From Jatrophihabitans sp. (GTDB lineage: Bacteria > Actinomycetota > Actinomycetes > Mycobacteriales > Jatrophihabitantaceae): a DNA stretch of 43,456 bases. Position 1 is the stretch's first letter. Each line of letters opens with the position of its first letter. Position numbers and translations under genes: made by a program. The stretch spans positions 1-43,456 of the forward strand of contig DASZEI010000101.1 of assembly GCA_035940975.1 (NCBI GenBank), in the 5' to 3' direction. Positions 1 to 11,551 of the stretch are shown here, piece after piece. Under the pieces are notes generated by a model. The model did not search any database and had not been told where the DNA came from. It worked only from the letters and a program-made list of their open reading frames with translations.

Positions 1-267
1 TTGGACGCGCTCGGCGAGCTGGCCGAGGCGGGCATCTCGCTGTGGCTGGGGGTGTTCCCCGGTACCGACGCCCCGATCTCGGCGGCGGATGCTCGCGAGT
101 GGATTCGCCGGCTGTGGAGCAAGCTGGGCTTCGATCCCACCCTGCTCGCCGGTGCGGTCGTGCCGACGCCGGCCTGTGGCCTGGCCGGGGCGTCGATGCC
201 TTATGCCCGCCGGGTGATGTCGCTGCTGAACGAGGTCGGCGCCTCGCTGCGCGACGGCCTGGAATGA
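1..267 (+). CDS. 3' part of a cobalamin-independent methionine synthase-like protein (Rv3015c-like); truncated by window start
   Basis: C-terminal 'VVPTPACGLAGAS' matches the MetE TPxCGL motif; lies directly upstream of ligA as in other actinobacteria. Confidence 0.75.
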   Translation: MDALGELAEAGISLWLGVFPGTDAPISAADAREWIRRLWSKLGFDPTLLAGAVVPTPACGLAGASMPYARRVMSLLNEVGASLRDGLE

Positions 268-330
268 GCCGCCGGGCCGGTCCGGCGGGGTCAGCCGGCG
301 TGCCGGGAAACTGTCAGTGCCGGACGGTAG

Positions 331-2448
<2,118 letters not shown>

Positions 2449-2453
2449 GCGGC

Positions 2454-3116
2454 TCAGGACGGGTGCGGGTCCAGCACCGTCGCCGCGATCGAGGCCAGGT
2501 GTGACAGCCGGATGATCTCGCTGGCAAGCCAGCGCAGCGCCGGCCGGCCGACCAGGATCGCCCTGCGGCCCAACGGTGCCACCGCCAGCTCGGTGCCCAA
2601 GGTGGCCCAATCCGGCGGCGCCCAGGCCTCCTCGGCGTCCAGGGGCCGCGACGGGCTCGGCGGCCACCAGGGCGTGGCCAGCGTCTCGATCTCGGGCGCC
2701 GCTGCGCTACGGGCGATCACCGTGGAGGGGCCGCCCTCGACGTCCGGTGCTTGCAGCACCAGCGCCCAGCCCGAGCGGAACAGCCGGCAGACCCCGTCGG
2801 CCAGCACGCTCGGGGCGTCGTCGGTGCTGATCGCCAGCTTCTCCAGCAGCTCCAGTTCGCGGAACGGGTCGATCACCCCGGCGTACGGCCGGATCGACTC
2901 GACCCGGACGCCCGGCACGCTGGCGGCGGCGCTCACCAGCGAGTCGGCCAGCTTGTCCGAGGGCAGCTCGACCACCAGGTCATCGGTCGCCTGACCGGCC
3001 GAGCGCTCGACGATGTCGACGCTGAGGATGTCTCCTCCGGCGTGGCCCAGCGCGGACGCGACCGCGCCGAGCGCGCCCGGGCGGTCGGGCAGGACCACGC
3101 GTATCAGGAAGGACAC
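2454..3116 (-). CDS. ACT domain (amino acid-binding) protein
   Basis: 'FLIRVVLPDRPGALGAVASALG..GGDILSVDIVE' is an ACT signature; start reassigned to GTG 3116 (CACACT -10 box 6 nt upstream); conserved position between ligA and gatC. Confidence 0.85.
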   Translation of the reverse strand: MSFLIRVVLPDRPGALGAVASALGHAGGDILSVDIVERSAGQATDDLVVELPSDKLADSLVSAAASVPGVRVESIRPYAGVIDPFRELELLEKLAISTDDAPSVLADGVCRLFRSGWALVLQAPDVEGGPSTVIARSAAAPEIETLATPWWPPSPSRPLDAEEAWAPPDWATLGTELAVAPLGRRAILVGRPALRWLASEIIRLSHLASIAATVLDPHPS

Positions 3117-3250
3117 CCGCTCAGTGTGCCGTGCCGAGGTATCCCCAGTGTTACGCGCGCCGGGCGAACATCGCATAACCACCGTTCGCCGGTAGCCGGA
3201 CGCGGACAGCGCCGGGCGGTGCACGCCCAGTTGCCGGATCACCACGCCAC

Positions 3251-3266
3251 TCACCACATGTGGTGA
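3251..3266. promoter_or_regulatory. Perfect 16-bp palindrome TCACCACATGTGGTGA, probable operator
   Basis: Seen directly; additional TCACCA half-sites at about 3239 and 3274; upstream of the 3373 and MMPL genes. Confidence 0.6.
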
Positions 3267-3372
3267 TGACCGCTCACCATATCGAGCGCCATCGTCCTGG
3301 CAGTCCACCACCACCGCAGCCGCGGACCAGCCGACGGCGCGGGGCCTGAGGACAGCGAAGGAGGCGACCAGC

Positions 3373-3636
3373 ATGAGTGACGGCCCCACCAGCCAGGAGC
3401 GCGGTGCGGGGCGCTACGAGATCCGCGTCAGGGGACACCTCGCATCCCGTTGGGGCGCTTGGTTCGACGGCATGACGCTCACCCGGCACGACGACGGCAC
3501 CACCGTCATCCACGGGACGGTCCCCGACCAGGCCGCACTCCACGGCCTGCTCCGCAAGCTCAACGACCTGGGCGTGCCCCTCGTCTCCGTCCTTCTCACG
3601 GCGCCGGACCGACCCCACGCAGACCGCCCGCACTGA
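3373..3636 (+). CDS. Small conserved hypothetical protein (YEIRVRGHL...DQAALHGLL type)
   Basis: AAGGAGG Shine-Dalgarno upstream; recognisable actinobacterial small-protein motif. Confidence 0.8.
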   Translation: MSDGPTSQERGAGRYEIRVRGHLASRWGAWFDGMTLTRHDDGTTVIHGTVPDQAALHGLLRKLNDLGVPLVSVLLTAPDRPHADRPH

Positions 3637-3684
3637 CCGACCCGCACTGACCAACCGAACCCACACCACGCCAAGGAGCAACCC

Positions 3685-5970
3685 ATGACCACCAGCGACA
3701 CACACACCGCACCCAGCCAGGCACAACCCACCCACGCACAACCCAGCCACGCACAACCCAGCCACGCACAACCCACCCACGCACAGCGACGGACGGACCC
3801 AAGGGGCCGGATCACCCTTCGCGGTCCGGTCAACCAGGGCGAGACCTGGCTCGGCCGGCTGGCCCACGTGATCAGGCGTTACCGGTGGGTGGTGATCGGA
3901 ACATGGATAGTGCTGACCCTGTTCGGCGGCTTCGCGGCCGGGCAGCTGTCCTCGCGCTGGTATCAGAGCACGTCGGTGCCGGGAAAGCCGGCCTACGAAA
4001 CAGGTCAGCAGACACTCAAGGCCTTCGGCGCCGGGGTGCGCCCGCCGAATGTCGTCGTCTTCCACTCGGCCAGCGGCGACGTCACCACGAGTGCTGAGGT
4101 GCGGGCCGCGATGGCGCGGGTGGCGACGGCGTATCCGGGCGCGCTGACCAGTTCGTTCTTCTCGACCGGCAGCCTCGCGTACGTGTCAGGTGACCGGCAC
4201 ACAACGTTCCAAGAGGTCTACCTGCCCGGTCGGGACGGCGTCGACCGGACGAGTGGCGCGGCCGAGATGCGAGCGGCCGCGGCCCTCGGCCTTCCGGCCG
4301 GGGTCACGGTAGACGTGACCGGCCGGACCGCGCTTGACGAAGCGACCAAGGAAGGGGGAGGCGGTGGGCCGAGCGTGCTGCTGGAGGCGCTGATCGGTGG
4401 CCTCGGCGCGCTCCTGGTACTCCTGTTCGTCTTCGGGACGCTGCCGGCGGTGCTGATGCCGCTCGTCGTGGCCGTCGCGGCGATCCTGAACACCTTCACG
4501 CTCGTCTGGGCACTCACCTACGTCACCGATGTCTCGGTCATCGTGCAGTTCCTGATCGCGCTGGTGGGCCTCGGTGTCGCGATCGACTACGCCCTGTTGA
4601 TGATCTTCCGGTTCCGCGACGAGCTGAGGGAGGGCAACGACGTCGAGTCCGCCCTCGTCCAGACGATGACCCACGCCGGGCGAGCGGTGATCATCTCCGG
4701 CACCACGGTCGCGCTCGGCCTGCTCTCGATCCTGGTCGTTCCACTGCCGTTGCTCCGCTCGATGAGCATCGGCGGCATGCTGATCCCCTTCGTCTCGGTG
4801 CTCACCGCCACCACGCTGCTGCCGGCACTGCTCGCCGTCGCCGGCCCGCGGATCAACAGCGTCCGGGTGATGCCGCGACGCTTCACCGACCGCGGCCATC
4901 CGGAAGACGGCGCTTGGGGACGCTGGGCACGCTTCGTGATCCGGCGCCCGGTCGCGGTCGGGTTGGCGGGTCTGGTCATCGTGACCGCGCTGGCAGGGCT
5001 CGGCACCCGGCTCAACCCGAACGAGGCGCAGTTGAAGTACTTCCCCGGCACTGGCACGGCGATCGCCGGACGCGATCAGCTGGCCGCGGCCGGAATCAGC
5101 GCCGGCGTGATGAAGCCCCTCAACGTCCTCGTCGAGCACGGCGGGAACGCCGAGCAGGTCGCTGCGAAGCTGCGCGCGGTGCCAGGAGTCGTGGGAGCGA
5201 CGGCGCCGGCGGAGTGGCGGCGCGGATCGACGTCACTGGTCGAGGCATTCCCCGCGATCGACGGCGCCGGCCCCGGCATCCAAGCCATCATCGACCGCAC
5301 CAACGCCAGCCTGAAAGGGACGGACGGCTCGCTCACCGGCATCGCCGCGATCGACCGCGACTTCCTGCACGCGCTGTTCGGCAGCTTTCCCTACGCGATC
5401 GCCCTGGTCATGATCCTGACCCTGCTCCTGCTCACCCGGGCGTTCCGTTCGGTCGTGCTGGCCCTCAAGGCCGTGGTGCTGAACCTGTTCTCACTCGCCG
5501 CGGCCTACGGGATCATCGTGTTCGTCTTTCAACAGGGGCACGGCTCGTCGATGTGGGGGGTGGACGCGAGCCAGTCCATCACGGCCTACATCCCGGTGAT
5601 GATCTTCGCCTTCCTGTTCGGGCTGTCGATGGACTACGAGGTGTTCATGCTCAGCCGCATGCGGGAGGCCTACGACGAGACCGGCTCCACCAACAAGGCG
5701 ATCGAGCTCGGGCTAGCCCGAACAGGCAAGCTCGTCACCAGCGCCGCGCTCGTCCTGATGTTCGCCTTCCTGGTGCTCTCCTCCAGCCCCGGGTATGAGA
5801 TCAAGTCGCTCGCCATCGGCCTGGCAGCCGGGATCATCTTCGACGCGACGGTCATCCGGGCGCTGCTGGTGCCGGCGCTGATGCGCCTGCTCGGCGACGC
5901 CAACTGGTGGATGCCCAAGTGGGTGAGCGCCGTCCTGATCGCGCGGCCGAACTCCGCCCGGACAGGTTGA
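3685..5970 (+). CDS. MMPL/RND family transporter
   Basis: AAGGAG SD; two TM bundles with 'GVAIDYALLMIFRFRDE' and 'FGLSMDYEVFMLSRMRE' motifs; ends 'LGDANWWMPKW'. Confidence 0.93.
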   Translation: MTTSDTHTAPSQAQPTHAQPSHAQPSHAQPTHAQRRTDPRGRITLRGPVNQGETWLGRLAHVIRRYRWVVIGTWIVLTLFGGFAAGQLSSRWYQSTSVPGKPAYETGQQTLKAFGAGVRPPNVVVFHSASGDVTTSAEVRAAMARVATAYPGALTSSFFSTGSLAYVSGDRHTTFQEVYLPGRDGVDRTSGAAEMRAAAALGLPAGVTVDVTGRTALDEATKEGGGGGPSVLLEALIGGLGALLVLLFVFGTLPAVLMPLVVAVAAILNTFTLVWALTYVTDVSVIVQFLIALVGLGVAIDYALLMIFRFRDELREGNDVESALVQTMTHAGRAVIISGTTVALGLLSILVVPLPLLRSMSIGGMLIPFVSVLTATTLLPALLAVAGPRINSVRVMPRRFTDRGHPEDGAWGRWARFVIRRPVAVGLAGLVIVTALAGLGTRLNPNEAQLKYFPGTGTAIAGRDQLAAAGISAGVMKPLNVLVEHGGNAEQVAAKLRAVPGVVGATAPAEWRRGSTSLVEAFPAIDGAGPGIQAIIDRTNASLKGTDGSLTGIAAIDRDFLHALFGSFPYAIALVMILTLLLLTRAFRSVVLALKAVVLNLFSLAAAYGIIVFVFQQGHGSSMWGVDASQSITAYIPVMIFAFLFGLSMDYEVFMLSRMREAYDETGSTNKAIELGLARTGKLVTSAALVLMFAFLVLSSSPGYEIKSLAIGLAAGIIFDATVIRALLVPALMRLLGDANWWMPKWVSAVLIARPNSARTG
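3721..3780 (+). repeat. 4 x 15-bp in-frame tandem repeat GCACAACCCA(C/G)CCAC (AQPT/SH) in the MMPL N-terminus
   Basis: Seen directly. Confidence 0.9.
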
Positions 5971-5986
5971 CCGCGACCAGGCTGAA

Positions 5987-6028
5987 GAGCGGACTGGCGC
6001 GAGCTCCCACGCTCGCGCCAGTCCGTTC
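5987..6028 (+). terminator. Long stem-loop after the MMPL gene
   Basis: GAGCGGACTGGCGCGAGC-TCCCAC-GCTCGCGCCAGTCCGTTC inverted repeat; no long U-tract. Confidence 0.65.
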
Positions 6029-6084
6029 GAGCGCACCGAGGTTGCGATGAGGGCTCGGACGGCGGAGTCCTAGACTCTGCAGTC

Positions 6085-6396
6085 GTGCCTGACGATCGAT
6101 CGACCCTGACCCGCGACGAAGTCGCGCACCTGGCCCGGTTGGCCCGGCTGGCGGTGACCGAGGACGAGCTGGACCTGTTCGCCGGTCAGCTGGACGTCAT
6201 CCTTGGCTCGATAGCGCGGATCGGCGACGTCGCCGCCGCGGACATCGAGCCGACCTCGCATGCGGTGCCGCTGCAGAACGTCGCGCGTCCGGATGCCGTC
6301 ATCGCGTCGCTGCCGCGAGACGAAGTGCTCGCCGGTGCGCCCTCGGTGGAGGACGACCGGTTCCGGGTTCCGCAGATCCTGGGAGAGGAGGAGTAG
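6085..6396 (+). CDS. gatC: Asp/Glu-tRNA amidotransferase subunit C
   Basis: '[15 protein letters not shown]...FRVPQIL'; TAGACT -10 box; overlaps gatA start. Confidence 0.97.
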   Translation: MPDDRSTLTRDEVAHLARLARLAVTEDELDLFAGQLDVILGSIARIGDVAAADIEPTSHAVPLQNVARPDAVIASLPRDEVLAGAPSVEDDRFRVPQILGEEE

Positions 6397-7943
6397 TGGC
6401 CGAGCTCATCGAACTCAGCGCTGCCGAGATCGCCGCCCGGATCGCGGACGGCGAGGCCAGCGCGGTGGAGGTCGCCCAGGCTCACCTGGACCGGATCTCG
6501 GACTCCGACGCCCAGGTCAAGGCCTTCCTGCACGTCGACACCGAAGGCGCGCTGTCGGCCGCCAAGGCAGTCGATGACCGCCGCCGGGCCGGTGAGCCGC
6601 TGGGCCCGCTGGCCGGTGTTCCGCTGGCCATGAAGGACGTGGTGGTCACCAAGGGGCTGCCGACCACGTCCGGCTCGAAGATCCTGCAGGGCTGGATCCC
6701 GCCCTACGACGCGACGGTGACCCGCCGGGTCCGCGAGGCCGGCATCGTGATGCTCGGCAAGACCAACATGGACGAGTTCGCGATGGGCTCCTCCACCGAG
6801 AACTCGGCCTACCAGGTCACCCGCAACCCCTGGGATCTGTCCCGGGTGCCGGGTGGTTCCTCAGGTGGCTCGTCGGCGGCGGTGGCGGCCCTGCAGGCCC
6901 CGCTGGCGATCGGCACCGACACTGGTGGCTCGATCCGCCAGCCGGCCGCCGTCACCGGCATCGTCGGTCACAAGCCGACCTACGGGGCGGTCAGCCGGTA
7001 CGGCCTGATCGCCTTCTCCTCCTCACTCGACCAGGCCGGCCCGTTCGGCCGGACGGTCGAGGACACCGCGCTGCTGCACCAGGTGCTGGCCGGTCACGAC
7101 CCGCTGGACTCCACCTCCATCCCCGAGGCCGGTCCCGACGTGGTCGCGGCGGCCCGCGAGGGTGCCCGCGGTGACCTGTCCGGCGTCCGGATCGGCATCG
7201 TCTCCGAGTTGACCGGCATCGGCGGCGGGTACCAGGAGGGCGTGCTGGCCTCGTTCCGGGACGCGGTGGCCATCCTGCGGTCACTCGGCGCCGAGGTCGT
7301 CGAGGTGTCCTGCCCGCACTTCGACTACGCGCTGGCCGCCTACTACCTGATCGCCCCCAGCGAGGCGTCGTCCAACCTGGCCCGCTTCGACTCGGTGCGC
7401 TACGGCCTTCGGGTCGGCGATGACGGCACGCACTCCCTCGAAGAGGTCATGTCGCTCACCCGGGAGCGGGGCTTCGGCGCCGAGGTCAAGCGCCGCATCA
7501 TGATCGGCACGTACGCGCTGTCCTCGGGGTACTACGACGCCTACTACGGCCAGGCGCAGAAGGTGCGCACCCTGATCGCCGCCGACTTCACCAGCGCGTT
7601 CGGCCAGGCAGACGTGCTGGTCTCGCCGACCTCGCCGTTCGTGGCCTTCGAGGTGGGCGAGCGGGTCGCCGACCCGATGGCCATGTATGTCAACGACCTG
7701 TGCACGCTGCCCGCCTCGCTGGCCGGCACGCCGGCGATCTCGGTGCCGTGCGGGCTGTCCGACGAGGCCGGGCCGGCGCTGCCGGTCGGCCTGCAGATCA
7801 TGGCGCCCGCGATGGCCGACGACCGCTGCTACCGGGTGGGCGCCGCCTTCGAGGCGGCCTACGTCGCGGGCAACGGCCAGATCCTGGCCGGCGTCCCCCG
7901 GCTGGGTTCGGTCGGGGCCGGCGCGGACGGAGCAGCACGATGA
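6396..7943 (+). CDS. gatA: Asp/Glu-tRNA amidotransferase subunit A
   Basis: Amidase signature [34 protein letters not shown]. Confidence 0.98.
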   Translation: MAELIELSAAEIAARIADGEASAVEVAQAHLDRISDSDAQVKAFLHVDTEGALSAAKAVDDRRRAGEPLGPLAGVPLAMKDVVVTKGLPTTSGSKILQGWIPPYDATVTRRVREAGIVMLGKTNMDEFAMGSSTENSAYQVTRNPWDLSRVPGGSSGGSSAAVAALQAPLAIGTDTGGSIRQPAAVTGIVGHKPTYGAVSRYGLIAFSSSLDQAGPFGRTVEDTALLHQVLAGHDPLDSTSIPEAGPDVVAAAREGARGDLSGVRIGIVSELTGIGGGYQEGVLASFRDAVAILRSLGAEVVEVSCPHFDYALAAYYLIAPSEASSNLARFDSVRYGLRVGDDGTHSLEEVMSLTRERGFGAEVKRRIMIGTYALSSGYYDAYYGQAQKVRTLIAADFTSAFGQADVLVSPTSPFVAFEVGERVADPMAMYVNDLCTLPASLAGTPAISVPCGLSDEAGPALPVGLQIMAPAMADDRCYRVGAAFEAAYVAGNGQILAGVPRLGSVGAGADGAAR

Positions 7944-9460
7944 CGACCCAGACCACTGAGGTCAGCGCCTACGACGATGTGCTGACCCGCTACCAGCCAG
8001 TGTTCGGCCTGGAGACCCACGTCGAGCTCGGCACCGCGTCCAAGATGTTCTGCGGCTGCTCCACCGCCTTCGGCGCCGAGCCGAACACCCACACCTGCCC
8101 GGTGTGCTTGGGATTACCGGGAGCCCTGCCCGTCGTGAACGCAGCGGCAATCGAGTACACGATCAGGATCGGCCTGGCGCTCAACTGCACCATCGCCTCG
8201 TGGTGCCGGTTCGCCCGCAAGAACTACTTCTACCCGGACATGCCGAAGAACTACCAGATCTCGCAGTACGACGAGCCGCTCTGCGGCGAGGGTTACCTGG
8301 ACGTGGAGGTGAACGGGCGGACGGTGCGGGTCGGTATCGAGCGGGTGCACCTGGAGGAGGACACCGGCAAGAACACCCACGTCGGCGGCGCGACCGGGCG
8401 GATCCACGGCGCGGACTACTCGCTGGTCGACTTCAACCGGGCCGGCATCCCGCTGGTGGAGATCGTCACCAAGCCGGTCGAGGGCACCGGCGCGATGGCC
8501 CCGGAGGTGGCCCGGGCCTACGTCGCCGAGCTGCGCGACATCCTGCGCACCCTCGGGGTCTCCGACGTCAAGATGGAACAGGGCAGCCTGCGCTGCGATG
8601 TCAACACCTCGCTGACGCCGGCCGGCTCGTCGGAATGGGGCACCCGGACCGAGACCAAGAATGTCAACTCGCTGCGCAGCGTCGAGCGGGCGATGCGTTC
8701 GGAGATGATCCGGCAGGCGGCCATCCTGGACGCCGGTGGCCGGATCAAGCAGGAGACCAGGCACTTCCAGGAGGCCACCGGCCAGACCCGGTCCGGACGC
8801 AGCAAGGAAGAGGCCACCGACTACCGCTACTTCCCCGAGCCCGACCTGGTTCCGCTGGCACCCGACGCGGACTGGGTCGAGCAGTTGCGGGCGGGCCTGC
8901 CCGAACTGCCCGCCGCCCGCCGCCGGCGGCTGCGCTCCGAGCTGGCGCTGAGCGCCGACGAGCTGCAGTCACTGGTCAACGCGGGCGCGGTCGATGCCTT
9001 CGCCGATACGGTCGCCGCCGGCGCACCGGCCGCCGAGGCGCGCAACTGGTGGCTGGGCTACCTCTCCCAGCTGGCCAACGCGCGCGAGGTCGAGGTGTCG
9101 GCGCTGGCGATCACGCCCGCGCAGGTCGCCAAGGTGATCGAACTGGTCGGTGCCGGGACGCTGTCCACGGCGCTGGGCCGGCAGGTGGTGGACGCGGTGC
9201 TGGAGACCGGGACCGGCGTCGAGCAGGTGATCGCCGACCGCGGCCTGGCGGTGGTGTCTGACACCAGCGCGCTGACCGAGGCGGCCGACGCCGCGATCGC
9301 CGCCAATCCCGACATCGCCGAGAAGGTGCGCGGCGGCAAGCTGCCCGCGGTCGGGGTTCTGGTCGGCTCGGTGATGAAGGCCACCCGCGGCCAGGCCGAC
9401 GCGGCCACCGTCAAGGCGATCCTGCTCGAGCGGCTCGGCATCTCCGGCACGCCGGGCTGA
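7940..9460 (+). CDS. gatB: Asp/Glu-tRNA amidotransferase subunit B
   Basis: [34 protein letters not shown]; start set to ATG 7940 (ATGA overlap with gatA stop). Confidence 0.97.
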   Translation: MTTQTTEVSAYDDVLTRYQPVFGLETHVELGTASKMFCGCSTAFGAEPNTHTCPVCLGLPGALPVVNAAAIEYTIRIGLALNCTIASWCRFARKNYFYPDMPKNYQISQYDEPLCGEGYLDVEVNGRTVRVGIERVHLEEDTGKNTHVGGATGRIHGADYSLVDFNRAGIPLVEIVTKPVEGTGAMAPEVARAYVAELRDILRTLGVSDVKMEQGSLRCDVNTSLTPAGSSEWGTRTETKNVNSLRSVERAMRSEMIRQAAILDAGGRIKQETRHFQEATGQTRSGRSKEEATDYRYFPEPDLVPLAPDADWVEQLRAGLPELPAARRRRLRSELALSADELQSLVNAGAVDAFADTVAAGAPAAEARNWWLGYLSQLANAREVEVSALAITPAQVAKVIELVGAGTLSTALGRQVVDAVLETGTGVEQVIADRGLAVVSDTSALTEAADAAIAANPDIAEKVRGGKLPAVGVLVGSVMKATRGQADAATVKAILLERLGISGTPG

Positions 9461-9502
9461 CCCGCGACGGCGCACCCGGGCAGTGGATCGACGGGATTCG
9501 TC

Positions 9503-10921
9503 GTGGACGAGCAGGGCGGGATCCGCACCGTCACGGTGCGGTTCGAGGCAGCGGGGTCGGGCGAGGAATCGCTGACCTGGGCCCAGAACGACGTGTGGCA
9601 GGGCATGGTGGCCACCGGCAAGGCGACCACCCTCGGCGGCGTGCACCCGATGCCACCGGGCACCACGGTTTCCGAGATCGCCGACCTGCTGCGGTTCATC
9701 ATGAGCCGGCACCAGGCGCTGCGTACCCGGTTGCGCCTCACCGACGGCCCGCCCCGGCAGGTGTGCTCGGCCACCGGCGAGGCTGCGCTGGAGATCGTCG
9801 AAGCCGGTACGGATGAGCCGGCCGCGGTCGCTGAGAACCTGAAGCTCCGGCTGGAAGAGCAGCCGTTCGACTACGAGCAGGACTGGCCGGTCCGGATGGC
9901 GGTGGTCACCGTGCGGGGCGCGATAACCCACCTGGTGACGGTGTACCTGCACCTGGCCGTCGATGGCGGCGGGATCGCGGCGGTGGTGGCGGATGTGGCC
10001 GCCCGCGACCCGCGGACCGGCGCCCCGGCCGGCCCGATCACCGCGATCCAGCCGTTGGAGCTGGCTCGCCGGCAGGCGCAACCGGCGGCGCTGCGCCAGT
10101 CGGCGGCGTCCCTGCGGCATCTCGAGCACGTGCTGCGAGTGGTGAGTCCGAACATGCTGGGGTTGCCGAAGGCCGACCGGCCGGCCGAGTACCGCAAGAT
10201 CCGCTACACCTCGCCCGCCACGGCGCTGGCGGTCGAGCGAATTGCCGGCGCCCACAGCATCGCGCCGTCCTCCGCGTTACTGGCGATGTTCGCCCTCGGG
10301 TTGGCCCGCCACACCCAGGAGGGCACCGTCTGGACGATGGTGCTGGTCAACAACCGGTTCCGGCCGGGGCTTGCCGATTCGGCCTGCCAGCTGGTGCAGT
10401 CCAGCCCCTGTCTGATCGAGGTCGGCGGGGTAAGCCTGGCGACGGTGCTGGAGCGCACCAAGCGCAGCCTGCTGCAGACCTACAAGAGCGCTTACTACGA
10501 CGGCCGGCAGTTCGACGCGGTGGTGGAACGGGTGAACCGCGAGACCGGCCGGAAGGTTGATTTCTGCTGCTACTACAACGACCGCCTGGACGGGCTCGCG
10601 GCGGCCGGCGATGCCGCGCTGACCGGTCCGGAGGAGCCGGCCGGCGATGATCCGCTGACCGGTGCCGAGCGGCTGACCTCGGCCCTGGGCCTGGCGAGCT
10701 GGAGCGAGGAGCACGAGCACGCGCTGCCGGCCGTGCCGATGTTCTTCAACGTCGACCATCCACCGGGCGCGCTGGACTTCCAGGTGTCCTTCGACACCCG
10801 TTACCTCGAGGTCGAGGACATGATCGCCGTCGTCCGGGGCATCGAGGCGGCCGCCGTGGAGACCGCGCTCACGCCGGACGCGCCGACCCGGGTGCCGCTG
10901 CGGGCCGGTCAGCCGGCCTGA
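9503..10921 (+). CDS. Stand-alone condensation-domain (NRPS C-domain-like) protein
   Basis: N-terminal LTWAQ (C1), RHQALRT (C2), 'PFDYEQDWPVR', LHLAVDG variant of HHxxxDG, 'NRFRPGL'. Confidence 0.75.
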   Translation: MDEQGGIRTVTVRFEAAGSGEESLTWAQNDVWQGMVATGKATTLGGVHPMPPGTTVSEIADLLRFIMSRHQALRTRLRLTDGPPRQVCSATGEAALEIVEAGTDEPAAVAENLKLRLEEQPFDYEQDWPVRMAVVTVRGAITHLVTVYLHLAVDGGGIAAVVADVAARDPRTGAPAGPITAIQPLELARRQAQPAALRQSAASLRHLEHVLRVVSPNMLGLPKADRPAEYRKIRYTSPATALAVERIAGAHSIAPSSALLAMFALGLARHTQEGTVWTMVLVNNRFRPGLADSACQLVQSSPCLIEVGGVSLATVLERTKRSLLQTYKSAYYDGRQFDAVVERVNRETGRKVDFCCYYNDRLDGLAAAGDAALTGPEEPAGDDPLTGAERLTSALGLASWSEEHEHALPAVPMFFNVDHPPGALDFQVSFDTRYLEVEDMIAVVRGIEAAAVETALTPDAPTRVPLRAGQPA

Positions 10922-11016
10922 CGCGGGGCTGCCCGGCCGGCATTGTCGGCGCCGGCTGCTGGAAGGACCCAGCTGCTGGAAGGTCGTTGTCGGAGCCGGC
11001 TGGTAGAACACATGCC

Positions 11017-11487
11017 ATGGCTGGCTGGACAGAAGTGGCTCGGGACGCCCCCGATTTCGCGGCCCGGGTGCAGGCCCGCTTCGATGCGGGAACCAACAAG
11101 ACCTTGGCAACGGTGCGCCGCGACGGCTCGCCCCGGATCAGCGCCAGCGAGCTGAGCTTCGCCGGTGGCGAGGTCAGCCTGGGCATGATGCCGGGCTCGC
11201 GCAAGCTCGCCGATGTCCTGCGCGATCCCCGGGTGGCGGTGCACTGCCCGACGCTCGAGCCGCCGGAGGACCACGGCAACTGGCCGGGGGACGCCAAGCT
11301 GGCCGGCGTCCTGGTGCGGATCGAGCCGCCGGATGCCACCCACCCGGGCGCGCCGTTCTTCCGGCTCGACATCACCGAGGCGGTGCTGACCTACGTCGGC
11401 AGCTCCGAGCCGGACGGTCCGGTGGATGAGTTGGTGATCGAGTCCTGGCATCCCGGGGTCGGTCACCGCCGTCGCAGTCGTAAGTGA
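11017..11487 (+). CDS. Pyridoxamine 5'-phosphate oxidase-like (split-barrel flavin/F420-binding) protein
   Basis: 'LATVRRDGSPRIS...GSRKLADVLRDPRVAVH'; start set to ATG 11017. Confidence 0.85.
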   Translation: MAGWTEVARDAPDFAARVQARFDAGTNKTLATVRRDGSPRISASELSFAGGEVSLGMMPGSRKLADVLRDPRVAVHCPTLEPPEDHGNWPGDAKLAGVLVRIEPPDATHPGAPFFRLDITEAVLTYVGSSEPDGPVDELVIESWHPGVGHRRRSRK

Positions 11488-11508
11488 CCCGCTGCCGGCG
11501 ACCCGCGC

Positions 11509-11550
11509 TTGCCGTAGGTAAGCCGGTTGCCGTAGGTGAGCCGGTTGCCG
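11509..11550. repeat. 18-bp tandem repeat TTGCCGTAGGT(A/G)AGCCGG x2.3 between convergent genes
   Basis: Seen directly. Confidence 0.85.
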
Positions 11551-11551
11551 C

